Made by a program: the position numbers and the translations under genes. Below are positions 36,651 through 50,491 of a stretch of DNA of 64,000 bases, in pieces. Numbering within the stretch: the first letter of the stretch is position 1; every line of letters begins with the position of its first letter. Source of the stretch: Octopus vulgaris (taxonomy: Eukaryota); assembly GCA_951406725.2 (NCBI GenBank), contig OX597833.1, forward strand, positions 19,964,001 through 20,028,000, read 5' to 3'. The notes under the pieces are model-generated. The model searched no databases and was not told the origin of the DNA. It saw only the letters and a program-made list of their open reading frames with translations.

Positions 36651-37734
36651 GACCATGGGAAAATATTAGCTTACATGAAAACAGGTGAGTGTCGGTGACA
36701 GGAAGGGCATCCAGCCACAGAAAACCTGCTTTAATAAACTCCACCCAAACCTATGCAGACATGTAAAAGAGTATATTAAAATGGAGATGATACATATATA
36801 CATAATTGATTTAATTGATATTAGTACCTTCTTGTTTTTGATTTTATAAAGCCCTGATTGATAAAAGACAAAGTTGAAACAGACAGGATTTGAACCAAGT
36901 GTGATCCTGAGTGAAACGAACTTGGGTGGCCTATTTCCTCAGCTGTTGCACTTCTTATTTACTAAAAGATATGTCTAAGGTCTGAAGGAGAACAAGAAAG
37001 AATGTGTGGGTGTATGAAAGAGAATATATGTAAAAGAGGAGGAAGAGCACATATGGATATTAGAGAGAGAGAAAGAGAAAGAGACAGAGGGGGAGATAAC
37101 ATATTTTTGTATGGGTGAAAGAGAGAACAATAGATAATGTATGTTAGTATGTATATGAGAGAGAATGAAAGTCACTGGTGGTGGTGGTGGTGGTGGTGGT
37201 GGGGAAGCAACAAAGAAAAGAGAGAATCCTAGTCTAAGTAGATACTTCTTGGTATTAATACTGACTCTGTTGTTAATATATATATATTTGTAACAAGTTC
37301 ACTGGCTAATTGCAACACCAGCGCCTGTTCTGGCAGTTTTTCTAAATATTGCTGGCAGGGAGATGATTACACTGTTATCTCTAGTGGTCAGGTATCCATC
37401 ATTGACAAGACCAAGGGAGGTTGAAATTACATGGTCTAGTAGTCTCTGTGTTTGAGGTGGTGGGAATTTATCTCCCCACTAGCAATATAAACAAGAGTGC
37501 ATTTTGCATAAATAGCCAATATGAGAGTTACTCTCATGGTATCTATTGCAGTATAGTTTGTTCTAACAGAACGTCCACATTTAAGTGGGGATCAATAGTA
37601 CCTCTTGGTAATATATATATTTCTGTATGGGTGGTGGGGTGAGAAAGAAAATATATAAATGTGTTGTGTAAGGATGTGTTAAAGAAAAGAGATAGAAGAA
37701 AATATATGACAGGTGAACAAAGAAAAAGAATATA

Positions 37735-37908
37735 TAGGCATAGGAGTGGCTGTGTGGTAAGTAGCTTGCTTACCAACCACATGGTTCTGGGTTCAGTCCC
37801 ACTGTGTGGCACCTTGGGCAAGTGTCTCCTACTATAGCTTCAGGCTTACCAAAGCCTTCTGAGTGGATTTGGTAGACGGAAACTGAAAGAAGCCCATAGT
37901 ATATATGC

Positions 37909-37956
<48 letters not shown>

Positions 37957-38183
37957 ATGTGTTTGTCCCTCCAACGTCACTTGACAACCGATACTGGTGT
38001 GTTTACATCCCCGTAACTTAGCAGTTTGGCAAAAGAGACCAATAGAATAAGTACTAGACTTACAAAGAATAAGTCCTGGGGTCTTATTAAAGAATAAGTC
38101 CTGGGGTCTTATTTGCTTGACTAAAGGCAGTGCTCCAACATGGCCGCAGTCAAATGACTGAAACAAGTAAAAGACTAAAGAGT
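37735..38183 (+). mobile_element. SINE-A, full length with a small internal duplication
   Basis: AAAGAATAAGTCCTGGGGTCTTATT twice at 38064-38112. Confidence 0.95.
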
Positions 38184-39909
38184 ATATGTTTGTGTGTGGG
38201 GGGGGTGGGTAGAAAGAGAGAGAACGGAACAGTGGGAAACTGAGATTATTAAAATATTTACTAGTTATAATGATTTTATAATATTATTCAGATAACCAAT
38301 GAAACAGGACCTTTTTTTTTTTTCCTCTTTTGTTTAGGCATAAGCAGGTCTGTGTGATCAAGAAGCTTGCTTTGCTGCCATGTAGTTTTGATTTCAGTCC
38401 CACAGCATGGCACTTTAGTTAAGTGTCTTCTACAATAGTCCTAGGCTGACCAATGCCTATCAATGTATGTATGAGTGTGTTTGATCCACCAAAACCACTA
38501 TCACCACTAGACAAAACTGGTGTTGGTTTGTTTATGTCCTGATACCTAAGTGGTTTCGCAAAAGATACTGATGAAATAAGTACCTAACTTTAGAAAAATA
38601 TGTACTTTTGTTGATTTGTTCAAACCCTTCAAACCCTTCAAAGATGTGCCCCAGCATTGCAGCAGACTAATGACTGAAACTAGTTTTATAAATATATATA
38701 TATGTATGTGTGTGTGTGTGAGTCAGTATGTACACACACACATACATCCTTCCAACTAGGTATACTAAATCATTGATTTCACAAGCTCCTCACACTATTC
38801 TCAATGATATACATAATTAAATCAAAATAAAAGGAGAGTAAAAACAAAAATATAGTCTATGTTAATAATGATAATCTGTCACATAAAAATGGGTTGCATC
38901 ACAGACCACTTAATAGGGGAGCATCAATGTAGAGGTCATTTGAAATATATAACCAAATCACCTTTATACCAGACCCAGCTATGTTAAAATAAAAAAAGGA
39001 CACATTGGATAATGTAGTTATAAATATACTATGTGAAAAAAGGAAATAGGATATGTCATGGATGGATTGCTTTTGATCATATTTATGGTAGGTTGAATTC
39101 TCTCCAAGAAAAAAAAAAAGATATTTTGATTATGTACCAGTATATCTTCTTCACAACAGTAATATTCAAGAAGGGACAGCGCACTGATATATCTTGATAC
39201 TAATATTATAGTTGTTAAAGCCATATTGAAAAATTTTGAGAATTTGGGATGAGGGACATGATTACAGGCCTTTTACAAAAGAAATAGCTGTGTTTAGTTG
39301 TTAGCTTTGTTTTTTAATGATTTTTGCCTTAAACAAAGCTTGAGGTCACACAAGTATAAGGGACTACAAAGGAGGAAAAGAAAGGGCCTAGAGATTCAAG
39401 ATATTGATTGACAAAAAGCTTAAAGGATTAAATATCACAGACCAGCAGCACACAAGACGATGGTGGTGAGTTCCAGAGATCAGCAGTTCAAGGAAAGAAG
39501 CTGTTAGAATAAACAGACTTATGACTAACAGGAAGCTAAACATAGGAACGATGTGCCTCAGAAGCAGGTGACGTTTAAAAGTCTTGACAGAGAGTAGTAG
39601 ACATGAAAGTTTATTAGAACAATGATCATGGAAATACTTAAAAAAGAGATACAATGAAGATACATTTTGATGATGAGCCAAAGACTTAGCAGAAAGAAGA
39701 GGGCCTACTATTTTAACGACTTGATTCTGAATTCAATCAAACAAGTTACAACACTCTGGGGAGGTGCCAGCCCAAAGATGACAGCAATATTCAATAAAAG
39801 GCTGAATAGTAGCCATATAAGTTACTCTCAGGAATAAGAAATTTGAGAGCATGTTTAGTTCTGATCAAGCCAACCTATGGTGAAAGGTGTTCCAGCCATT
39901 CTTCTTCTA

Positions 39910-40325
39910 TACTCTTTTACTTGTTTCAGTGATTTGACTGCGGTCATGCTGGAGCACCGCCTTTATTCAAGCAAATCGACCCCACAACTTATTCTTTGGA
40001 AGCCTAGTGCTTATTCTATTGGTCTCTTTTGCTGAACCGCTAAGTTACGGGGACGTAAACACACCAGCATCGGTTGTCAAGCGATGTTTGGAGGACAAAC
40101 ATAGACACACAAACATATACACACACATACATATATATATACATATATACATATATACATATATATGATGGGCTTCTTTCAATTTCCGTCTACCAAATCC
40201 ACTCACAAGGCTTTGGCTGGCCTGAGGCTATAGTAGAAGACACTTGCCCAAGGTGCCACACAGTGGGAATGAACCCGGAACCATGTGGCTGGTTAGCAAG
40301 CTACTTACCACACAGCCACTCCTGC
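39910..40325 (-). mobile_element. SINE-A, full length
   Basis: Consensus match. Confidence 0.95.
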
Positions 40326-40399
40326 ATTTCTTCAGACATAGAATGTCACCTAATGCATTCTTCCTATTCTAAGATGGTAAAGTATAATTTCTTAGAAGC

Positions 40400-40985
40400 A
40401 AGTATAATTTCTTAGAAGTTGAGTGTGTTCCAGCCAACCCCATTTTCTCCTCTTGATCTGGGTTTTGATAAGTTGCTGATTCACCTGTTCCCACAATGCC
40501 AATGCCTTGTTTGTGAGTCTGTCTAGTCATCTCATTTGAAGGATGCTCTGGAGACATTTATTCACAATGTTCAGAGCTTGTTAATAGAGAACTTTGTGAT
40601 TTGCCATGCTTCACACACATATAGAAGGACCATCTTTATGTTTATGTTAAAGCTGCTGAGTTTCGTGTTTGTTAACGATGTTTGTGATCTCCAGATGGAC
40701 CTGAGCACCCTGAAGGCAGCTGTAGTTTTCCCAATCCTTATTTTTATATCCTTATTGACAATACTTCTTAGATATGTGAAATGACTGACGTCTTCAATTT
40801 CCCTTCTGAAGGAAAATGGAAGCACGGCAGATCCAAAACATGGAGAAAATTCAAAGGAATGAAACACTGGCAGTGGTTACACCTGGAGATAATTGCAATT
40901 CACTACCAAATATCAAGATAGGTGGTAATCTCTTGGTGGTGCTCAATGCTCCACATAGAGCCAAAGGAATTAAGAAAAAGAAGGG
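40400..40985. mobile_element. RTE-clade LINE 3' part with an inverted 5' segment
   Basis: Minus 40800 to 40400: IEDVSHFTYLRS..DIKIRIGK..AF..L.SIW.S...VLLY.CEAW...QIKRRKWGWLEHT; plus 40800-40985: PSEGKWKHGRSKTWR, then 3' end ATGCTCCACA..AAAGGAATTAAGAAAAAG, also seen on minus at 43163-43215. Confidence 0.8.
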
Positions 40986-41196
40986 TGTGATTGGGTGGGT
41001 AGTATGGCTGCTACTTCTAGCATGTCAAGCAGCCACATAGAGGATCTCTCACCGGCTCAGTTTGGATTGTGGCAAAGATAACCTGATTTGTCTATAACAA
41101 ACTGTAGTTTATGATCATGCCAAGGGCTAAACCAGGTTAATAATAATGATAACCATGCTATTTCAATTAAATATCATATGATTTCAATTAAATATC

Positions 41197-41609
41197 ATAG
41201 GCGCAGGAGTGGCTGTGTGGTAAGTAGCTTGCTAACCAACCACATGGTTCCAGGTTCAGTCCCACTGCGTGGCATCTTGGGCAAGTGTCTTCTGCTATAG
41301 CCTTGGGCCGACCAAAGCCTTGTGAGTGAATTTGGTAGACGGAAACTGAAAGAAGCCTGTCGTATATATGTATATATATATATGTGTGTGTGTATATGTT
41401 TGTGTGTCTGTGTTTGTCCCTCTAGCATTACTTGAGAACCGATGCTGGTGTGTTTACGTCCCCGTAACTTAGCGGTTCGGCAAAAGAAACCGATAGAATA
41501 AGTACTGGGCTTACAAAGAATAAGTCCTGGGGTCGATTTGCTTGACTAAAGGTGGTGCTCCAGCATGGTCGCAGTCAAATGACTGAAACAAGTAAAAGAG
41601 TAAAAGAGA
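41197..41609 (+). mobile_element. SINE-A, full length and young
   Basis: ATAGGCGCAGGAGTGGCTGTGTGG...GACTGAAACAAGTAAAAGAGTAAAAGAG. Confidence 0.95.
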
Positions 41610-42247
41610 TCCATTAATAATATATCTCTACTTCAACAAAATATATGACTTTCTGTGCCATTTTTAGTACATACCAAAATTATTCATTTTTAGATTGTTA
41701 TTTTAGAAGTTTTAAATATAGAGTTGAGGCTAAAGTTAGCAATGGAAACAATTAAACAGGCTGTCTATTGTTCTATAAAAATAATAAATGCCCTTGTGTT
41801 TATATTTTCAGCTATAATAGAAGGAGGAGAATCTTAAAATTCTTAATTAGCTCCTTTGTCAGTTTGTATGCTGTACTATGTCCCCAGCAATAATTCTTAG
41901 TTGTTGATGGATCAGTTCATTTAAATGTAAATAGGTACAATGAGGAAGTACAGTTAACACCTGGAAGCATCAAAAGTTGTGTATAAAATGGTGAGCATAT
42001 GTGCTGTACTGAGATCGAAATTCTTCTCAGAAAAGACAACTGGGCAAAAACCCACCCAAGTATATTCCTTCATTGAACTAATATATGAAAACAAAATTCT
42101 CAGTGACACCAAAACAGATGTAAAAAAAAAAAAAAAAGAGAAATGTTGGGGATGAGAAGAATAAATTCAATCTTTCTCCCAACTGACAAGTTTGATGTTG
42201 TGCTTGGCCAATAATAAGTAGGTTGATGTCTGCAGGATAGACATGTA

Positions 42248-42482
42248 TCTTATTTCTTTATTGCCCACAAGGGGCTAAACACAGAAGGGACAAACAAGGA
42301 CAGACAAAGGGATTTAAGTTGATTACATCGACCCCAGTACATAACTGGTACTTAATTTATTGACTCTGAAAGGATGAAAGGCTAAGTCGACCTCGGCGGA
42401 ATTGAACTTAGAACGTAACAGCAGATGAAATACCACTAAGCATTTCGCCCGGCGTGCTAACGTTTCTGTCAGCTTGCCGCCT
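42248..42482 (-). mobile_element. SINE-B monomer, full length
   Basis: Head GGCGGCAAGCTGACAGAAACGTTAGCACGCCGGGCG, core GGTCGACT..GCCTTTCATCCTTTC, tail GCCCCTTGTGGGCAATAAAGAAATAAG. Confidence 0.9.
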
Positions 42483-42700
42483 TTAGACATGTAGGCAGGA
42501 ATGGGAATCCAGAAAATTGAAAGACTTGTAAAGAATGATTGGGCAAAGTGTTAATGGCAATGGCAGATGTGTGTGTGTGAGGGAGAGAGAGAGAGAGATG
42601 GTCTTGCAGGAGTGACAACAGAAGGAAATACAGGTGGGACAGGTGAGTCTGGGTGGGGAGTAGTTTTCATCTTGGTGACACACAGAAGGATACTTGAGAT

Positions 42701-42964
42701 CAGTGGTTTTTAACCTTTTTTTTTTTTTACCTATGGACCCCTTTGATTCCTATTTTACTCAGGTGAATCCTCATAGCCATTTAATGTTTTAAAAAATCCT
42801 ATAATATTTTCATAATTAAACATTATTAAGAATTGTATTTAAAAAAAAATTTTTTTTAATATTTTGTCCTGTTGAAGTATAACTAATTTATTGCAGATAA
42901 ATGTTAACAACAGAATCTTATATCGACCCCTAAGGGCCATAAGGACCCCTGTTGAGAACCACTG
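42701..42964. mobile_element. hAT (Charlie-like) MITE
   Basis: TIRs CAGTGGTTTTTAAC / GTTGAGAACCACTG; subterminal GGACCCC; flanks CTTGAGAT / CACTAGAT. Confidence 0.8.
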
Positions 42965-43559
42965 CACTAGATAGTTTCCTGTTGTCTTCTCAAGACCCAC
43001 AAAAGATCTCATAAATTCTGCTCTACACCGTAACAAAAACATAAGCCATACAGTGCTCCCACTGTTTAGCTACACAGGAATCCTTATGTGACTGTTCAAC
43101 TTGCTAGAATTAGCAACCATATTGGAAACTGGCCATAATAATAAATTCCTTCAAATCACAACCTACTTTTTTCTTCTCAATTCCTTTGATCGCATGTGGA
43201 GTAAAGCACACCAACAAGAGATCTTCATATCAGTCACATTCTTTGGCAATGGACTGCAGTTGCAGTTGTCTCCCAGTGAAACTGCCTGCCACTGCTTTAG
43301 TTTCTGTGGAGTTGCTCCACATTGTTTCTCATCTGCTATGCTTCTGCTTTCCTGGGGGTGTCTACAGAAGGGGAAATTGAAGATGTCTGTCATTTCACAT
43401 ATCAGAGAAGTATTGTCAATAAGGAAGATGGAACAGATCTGGACATAAAAATAAGGACTGGGAAAGATATAGCTGCTCTAAGGATGCTCAGACCCAGTTA
43501 GAGATCACAAACCACGAATTGCTTATGGAAAATGTATATAATAACTAACAGGGGTCCCT

Positions 43560-43765
43560 TTGTGATCACGTGTGTACCATTGGCGATTTTTTTTCCTCTG
43601 TCTTCCCTTCTCTGGATCTTTCCTTCTATGTTTCCGACAAAGAGCTCTGCTCAAAACGTTAAACCCTCCTTCTTTCTTTTCTGAGCGTCCAATAATACTA
43701 TATTTGTTCCACGTCCTCGCGTTGTTGTTTTTTTGTGCTTTCTTGTTTGGATTAACTTTATATAC
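43560..43765 (+). mobile_element. Penelope-pLTR-like relic with a decayed hammerhead
   Basis: GTTT-CCGACAA-AGAGCTCTGCTC-AAAACGTT-AAAC at about 43630-43664. Confidence 0.5.
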
Positions 43766-45379
43766 CTCAGCTGATTGAGTTACAACAGCTAATATCCAGT
43801 TTGTGAACATAGCGTGACTCTACAGTTACAAACAGTCTATATATGACACTCACAAGAATGAAGAGAATATCATATGTGGTTAGCATAGGTATGGCTGTGT
43901 GGTTTAGAAGCTTGCTTCCTACGGATGTGGTTTTGGGTTCAATTCTACAGTGTAAAACTTTGAGCAAGTGTCTTCTACTATAGCCTTGGGCTGACCACAG
44001 CCATGTGAGTAGATTTGATAGATGGAAACTGGAAGAAGCCTGTTGCATGTGTGTGTGCGCATTTATTTTTATATTCAGTTATAATAATTTTACAGTAATT
44101 TTATAGTAATTTTACATTAATCTGATGAGTTACTCTATACTTTTGTAGAGTACAAATTTGTTATTCTTAAACAAGGATGTTGTTGACAGTAACTTTGAAG
44201 TTTCAGCCAGCTAAGCCATCGGGTCTGTTTCTTTCAACTTACGGGTTGGACCACGTCGCTGTATTTACCCGGTGCATATCGCCACACACTCCCGGCGACT
44301 GACGGCATCGATCGCGCCTACGTCCACGTGTACGTGGGCGACACCGCAAGGTTCGCTTCAGCCTTACTAGGTCGGGCACGGTAGAGCGGCGGAGCTCCTG
44401 GCGACTGGCGCAACAACAGTTTAATTGACCAAAACTTCGAAATCATTGCCAACAACATTCTTGTGTAAGGATAGTGTGTGTGTAACCTTGTCTAGACATC
44501 ACATGATGGTTGTAAGCAGGCATTCATTTCTAGTCTTCTCTGAAAAACCATGCCCAGCCATGAAGAAATATTACTTTTCCTGGAAACAGGTAAGGGCTGG
44601 CAACAGAAAGAGCATCAGGCAGTAGAAAAATCTGCCTCAACAAATTCTCTCTGATCCAGGCAAGCATGGAAAAGTGGACATTAAATGACGATAATGATGA
44701 AGAAGATGTTGATGAGATACAAAGAGAAAAGATTGTCTGGCTTATTTTCCAGTTCAGTTATATGGTGGTGTTGGTGGTGGTGGTGGTGATGATGATGATG
44801 ATGATATATTTATAACTAATAAATTCCATCTAGAAATCAATTCTAATTTTTCAATCAAAGATTTAGGGAAAAACAACAATTTATTCATCGATGATAGAAT
44901 CAGGGCAAAAAAAGAGAGAGAGAGAGAGAGAGAGAAAAAAAAAAAAAGAAAGCATGACTATATAAAATATTTTGATGAAAGTCTTAGAATTTAAAAAAAT
45001 ATTGATGCTGCAAGAGTACAGGACTTGATTATCATCTCCATCATTTCAGCAATATTGGTGAGGTAAGCTAACATCAAATTTCAATAGATAACACACTTTT
45101 CCCACAGTTACTTGAAAAACTTTAAACCTGATTAAAGCAGCGAATCGGCTCACATGTAAGCCAACAACTGTTCTCCAGAAACGGGAAATAGTCGTATACT
45201 GTTTAATGTCTATCTAAATTCAACGATGATTACATTGTCAGAAATAGTATAGAGAAAGCAAAGCCAAATGTTTAAATCTCATTTAATTGATACTGATTCA
45301 TACATAATCAATAATGTATTCATACACGGTTTATTGAGGAAAGAGATTCAACGTATCACATCAGCAGCAACGGACGGCT

Positions 45380-45852
45380 ATTACAAATATATATATTTAT
45401 GTGTGAGTGTGTGTGTGCGTGCATATATATGTGTATGTGTGTGTGTGCATGCATATATGTGTGTGTGTGTGTGTGTGTGCATATGTGTGTGTGTGCGTGC
45501 ATATGTGTGTGCGTGCATATATATGTGTGTGTATATGACTATGTATGTGTGTGTATGACTATGTATGTGTGTATATATATATGTATGTATATAAATGTAT
45601 GTATGCATGAATGTATATATATATGTGTGTGTGTGTGTATATATATGTATGTATATGTGTATGTATATATACATGTGTATATGAGTATGTATATATATAG
45701 AGATGATGATGATGTATGTATGAATGTATATATATATATGTGTGTGTGTGTGTGTATATATGTATGCGTATGCATGTATGAGTGTGTGTGTGTGTATGTG
45801 TATGCATGTGTGTGGTGTGTGTGTGTGTGTATGCATGTGTGTGTGTGTGTGT
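45380..45852. repeat. Compound (GT/AT/ATGT)n microsatellite
   Basis: Directly visible. Confidence 0.95.
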
Positions 45853-46314
45853 CTGAAACTACTGATTACCTTGCTTGAAAAAAAACCACACAGACATAAA
45901 ATAACTTGTTCTGTAGGTTAGCCGTGGATAACAAATTTCTGAGAGACACTCGTTAAAATTAAAGTTATATTGTTGTCGCTTGACTGCTTAATAGCTTGTC
46001 CACGCTTGTTTTGGAATTACCACTAATCCTTGAATAGCTTAGTATTAATGTTTGCTTTGTTAATCCCAACTAGTAATTTCAAGTTATGTGTCAACTAAAG
46101 TTTCAATATATGTCCATTAGCTTTTAGATGTTACACTAAAACGAAACAAAATAGCAAATAAATAATCTACCACTGGACTATACTAATTGGAAACGATCTG
46201 AAAGTAATGACTAAATGTATTTAATCTCTTATCTTTTATTTGTTTCGGTCTTTAGAATGTGGCCACGCTGGAGCACTGCCTTGAAGAATTTTTAGTTGAT
46301 TGAATCAAACTCAT

Positions 46315-46711
46315 TACTCTTTACTCTTTTACTTGTTTCAGTCATTTGACTGCGGCCATGCTGGAGCACCGCCTTTAATCGAGCAACTCGACCCCAGGAC
46401 TTATTCTTTTGTAAGCCCAGTACTTATTCTATCGGTCACTTTTGCCGAACCGCTAAGTAACGGGGACATAAGCACACCAGCATCGGTTGTCAAGCAATGC
46501 TAGGGGGACAAATACACACACGCACACATATATATATATACACATATACGACGGGCTTCTTTCAGTTTCCATCTACCAAACCCACTCACAAGGCTTTGGT
46601 CGGCCTGAGGCTATAGTAGAAGACACTTGCCCAAGGTGCCAAGCAGTGGGACTGAACCCGGAACCATGTGGTTGGTAAACAAGCTACTTACCACACAGCC
46701 ACTCCTGCGCC
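46315..46711 (-). mobile_element. Young SINE-A nested in an older SINE-A (46225-46835)
   Basis: Older tail at 46225-46305; its body resumes at 46738. Confidence 0.9.
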
Positions 46712-47376
46712 CATTACTTCCTTTTTTTTTTTTTGAAGACTGGTACTTATTTCTCTCAGCCTCTTTTGGTGAACTACTAAGTTACAGGGATGTAAACACA
46801 CCAACACCAGTTGTCAAACAGTGGAGAGACAGGGGAACAAACATATTTCCCTGAAGATCATGACTTTCCCCCAAATGTTCAAGTTGGACAACAAGCATAT
46901 CGATCTCACCAATTTAGTAGAACCTCTGCAAAGATCATGTGCACTGCCTCTCTTCCTTATAAGAGAAGTGATACAGAAGATAGGACAGGGCGAGTGGGAA
47001 GGCAAGTAAATTCACAAGAATGTGAAAGGAGTATGGAACATAAAAAGCGATGGAAACAAAGAGGAATGCAGGTATGTCTGTGTGGTAAGAAGCTTGCTTC
47101 CCAACCACAAGGTTCCAAATTCTGTCCCGCTGCGTGGAACTTTGGGCAAGTGTCTTCTACTATAGACTTGGACCGACCAAAGCTTTGTGAGTGGATTTAG
47201 TAGATGGAAACCGAAAGAAGCCTGTTGTGTGTGTGTGTGTGCATGCATTTTTGTGTCTGTGCTTGTCACCCCCACCCACCTGCTTGGTTTGTTTACATCT
47301 CTGTAACCTAGCAGTTCAGCAAAAAGAAACTGATAGTGTAAGTACCGGGCTTAAAAAAAATTAAGTTTATCAAGGT

Positions 47377-47780
47377 ATAGGCGCAGGAGTGGCTACATGG
47401 TAAGTAGTTTGCTAACCAACCACATGGTTCCGGGTTCAGTCCCACTGCGTGGCACCTTCTGCAAGTGTCTTCTGCTATAGCCTCGGGCCGACCAAAGCCT
47501 TGTGAGTGGATTTGGTAGACGGAGACTGAAAGAAGCCTGTCGTATATATATGTATGTATGTGTGTGTATATATTTGTGTGTCTGTGTTTGTCCCCCTAGC
47601 ATTGCTTGACAACCGATGCTGGTGTGTTTACGTCCCCGTTACTTAGCGGTTCGGCAAAAGAGACCGATAGAATAAGTACTGGGCTTACAAAGAATAAGTC
47701 CCGGGGTTGATTTGCTCGACTAAAGGTGGTGCTCCAGCATGACCGCAGTCAAATGACCGAAACAAGTAAAAGAGTAAAGA
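47377..47780 (+). mobile_element. Young SINE-A nested in an older SINE-A (47065-47835)
   Basis: Older head and body 47065-47355, tail 47783-47835. Confidence 0.9.
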
Positions 47781-48972
47781 GTGTCCCAGCATGGTCGCAG
47801 TCGAACAACTGAAACAGATAAGATAAAAAGATAAAAGCATTCTGAAGGGTTACAAATATATCCTAACTCCTTAAGAGTTTGCAGAAAGGATGTTTGAAGA
47901 GTGATTAACAAATATTTAAATGATCTTAGACTTAAGAGTTTTATTTACATATCAAAATCAGACTTCGAGTAGAGGCTTTGTTATAAATGTGGTCGCGAAA
48001 GGCAATCAAAGGACTTTGACAAAACTAATTGATTGGTTGACTGACATGAATGATTATCAAACAATTGATTAGTCAATCGGTTAAGTAGTGAACCAATTGA
48101 CAGAGAAATAATAAAGAAGTGAAACAGAACCAGAGCGTGTGTTTATTATGATAACACAACATAAATATATAGATCTTATTTCAGTCAGTCAAGGACCACA
48201 GTAACAAATTTCAGCTTGGTGCTCAATCAATGGAAACAGATTTAAATTCAAATAATTTTAGAGATATTCTACCTGGTTGTTGCTTATCCCTGAGTCAGTC
48301 CCCCATTGATCAAGTTTAGGATGAAAGATTTTGCAGCCATGATCATCACATGGTTTTTTTTCTTCAGGCATAGTGTGTCTCTAAGACTATACTGTTCAGC
48401 ATATCCTTTCTTCATTTTAAGATCGTAGGAAATGATTTAGCTGTTAGTTCTAGCAGGCCATGCGACCACATGAAAGCTTCTTCATTCGTTTGTACTTAGT
48501 TTTATCAAGATAAAAGTTGAAAAACTAAAACCAACACATCATATTTTTTACAAATACTAAAACATGCACACATTGTTTTCTTTTTAAAATTAGCAAAAAG
48601 ACAAATATATTACTTTAATAAAATAATATTACTCTAATAGCTTTCTTTTAACCCTTTCACTCATGTTAAATTACTCTTCACTTATATCTGACGGAATGCA
48701 GGTTGTTTGTTACCAGCTGCTGCCGCCTGAACAGAAAACACCCCTTCTCCCTCGTGGCTTGTTTATGTAACAACATAACATTCCACATTTAAATGGAACA
48801 GACTTGTTACGACTGTTAACAAACATCAGAAACACTTTTAATGCTCTCTATCTTTATTACGGGTCAAGACACCATGTATTTTGTGTTATTGTTTAGCCCA
48901 ATGTCAGCCTTGGTTCACTGGCCATACGGTCAAAGGCGTTCAAGTAGCATGAACTTCCATTTATTTTTATTA

Positions 48973-49740
48973 AGGTGGCGAGCTGGCAGAAATGTTAGCA
49001 CACTGGGTGAAATGCTTAGCGTGTATTTCGTCTGCCTCTATGTTCTGAGTTCGAATTCTGCCGAGGTCGACTTTGCCTTTAATCCTTCCGGGGCCGATTA
49101 AATAAGTACCAGTTACGCACTGAATCGATATAATCGACTTAATCCATTTGTCTGTCCTTATTTGTCCTCTCTGCGTTTAGCCCCTTGTAGGTAGTAAAGA
49201 AATAGGTATTTCGTCTGTCGCTGCTTACTGAGTTCAAATTCCGCCGAGGTCGACTTTGCTTTTCATCCTTTCGGGGTCGATTAAATAAGTACCAGTTACG
49301 CACTGGAGTCGATATAATCGACTTAATCCGTTTGTCTGTCCTTGTTTGTCCTCTCTGTGTTTAGCCCCTTGTGGGTAGTAAAGAAATAGGTATTTCGTCT
49401 GCCGTTACGTTCTGAGTTCAAATTCTGCCGAGGTCAACTTTGCCTTTCATCCTTTCGGGGTCAACAAATTACGTACCAATGTAATCGACTTAATCCGTTT
49501 GTCTGTCCTTGTTTGTCCCCTCTATGTTTAGCCCCTTGTGGGCAATAAAGAAATAAGAAATGTTACCGCACAGGGTGGGGTGGGGGTATGCTTAGCGAAA
49601 TTTCTTCTGACTTTACATTCTGAGTTCAAATGCTGCCTGGGTTGACTTTGCTTTTCATCCTTTTTTTGGGGTGGGGGTCAATTAAATCAACTTAGACTTG
49701 CCCCTTCAAACTTGCTGGCCTGGTGTCAAAATTAGAAATC
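48973..49740 (+). mobile_element. SINE-B trimer (three ~181-bp units) followed by a headless older-tail SINE-B
   Basis: Junction GTAGTAAAGAAATA|GGTATTTCGTCTG at about 49205 and 49389. Confidence 0.9.
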
Positions 49741-50491
49741 ATTATTATATCTTTTGTATCATTTTACTTATTTCAATCATTGGACTGCAGCCAAACGGGT
49801 GGGGTGGGGATTACCCCCTTGAAGGGTTCAGTTGAACAATCAAAATCCTGTTTATTTTTTTTTAAAGACTTTTTTGCTGAACATAAACAAACCAACACCA
49901 GTTGTCAAGCAGTGGTAGAGGATAAATACAAACATACACACATATATACAGCAGGCTTCCACACAGTTTTTGTCAGCCAAATTCATTCACAAGGCTTTGG
50001 TCAGCCTGAGGATATAGTAGAAGACGCTTGCCCAAAGTACTGCACAGTGAGATTGAACCCAAAATCACATGGCTGCAAAGTGAGTTTTTTAACCACACAG
50101 CCATACCTACATCTACTATGTCAAAGGATGACATTGTTCAATGTATATTTTTTTCTCTTCAAATCAGTTTGGTATGATTTTCAGAGTGACTTGACTGCTA
50201 TTTCTAGCATGTCAAGCTATTATGTAAAGGTTCTCCTCATTTGCTTGTAGCTTTCATAAGCAGTAAACCTGAATGGATCTTCTTTATTTTTTATATATCC
50301 AAGTAACCTATTGTTTAGCAGAACCTGTAACCTAGATTTGGTGTTCAGTTATAGCTATTCCACAACAGTTAATAAGATTGTTAGCATTACTGGTTTGGTG
50401 GGGACATAACACTAAATCGTTATTTCATACTTTTGGAAGACAATAGAGCATATCACTCACTCTTAGATATTATTGATTATGAATACTACCC

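Noticed and set aside
41197-41275. SINE heads as genuine tRNA genes
   Set aside because: A and B boxes are present but there is no complete cloverleaf or poly-T terminator, and they are always fused to the SINE body
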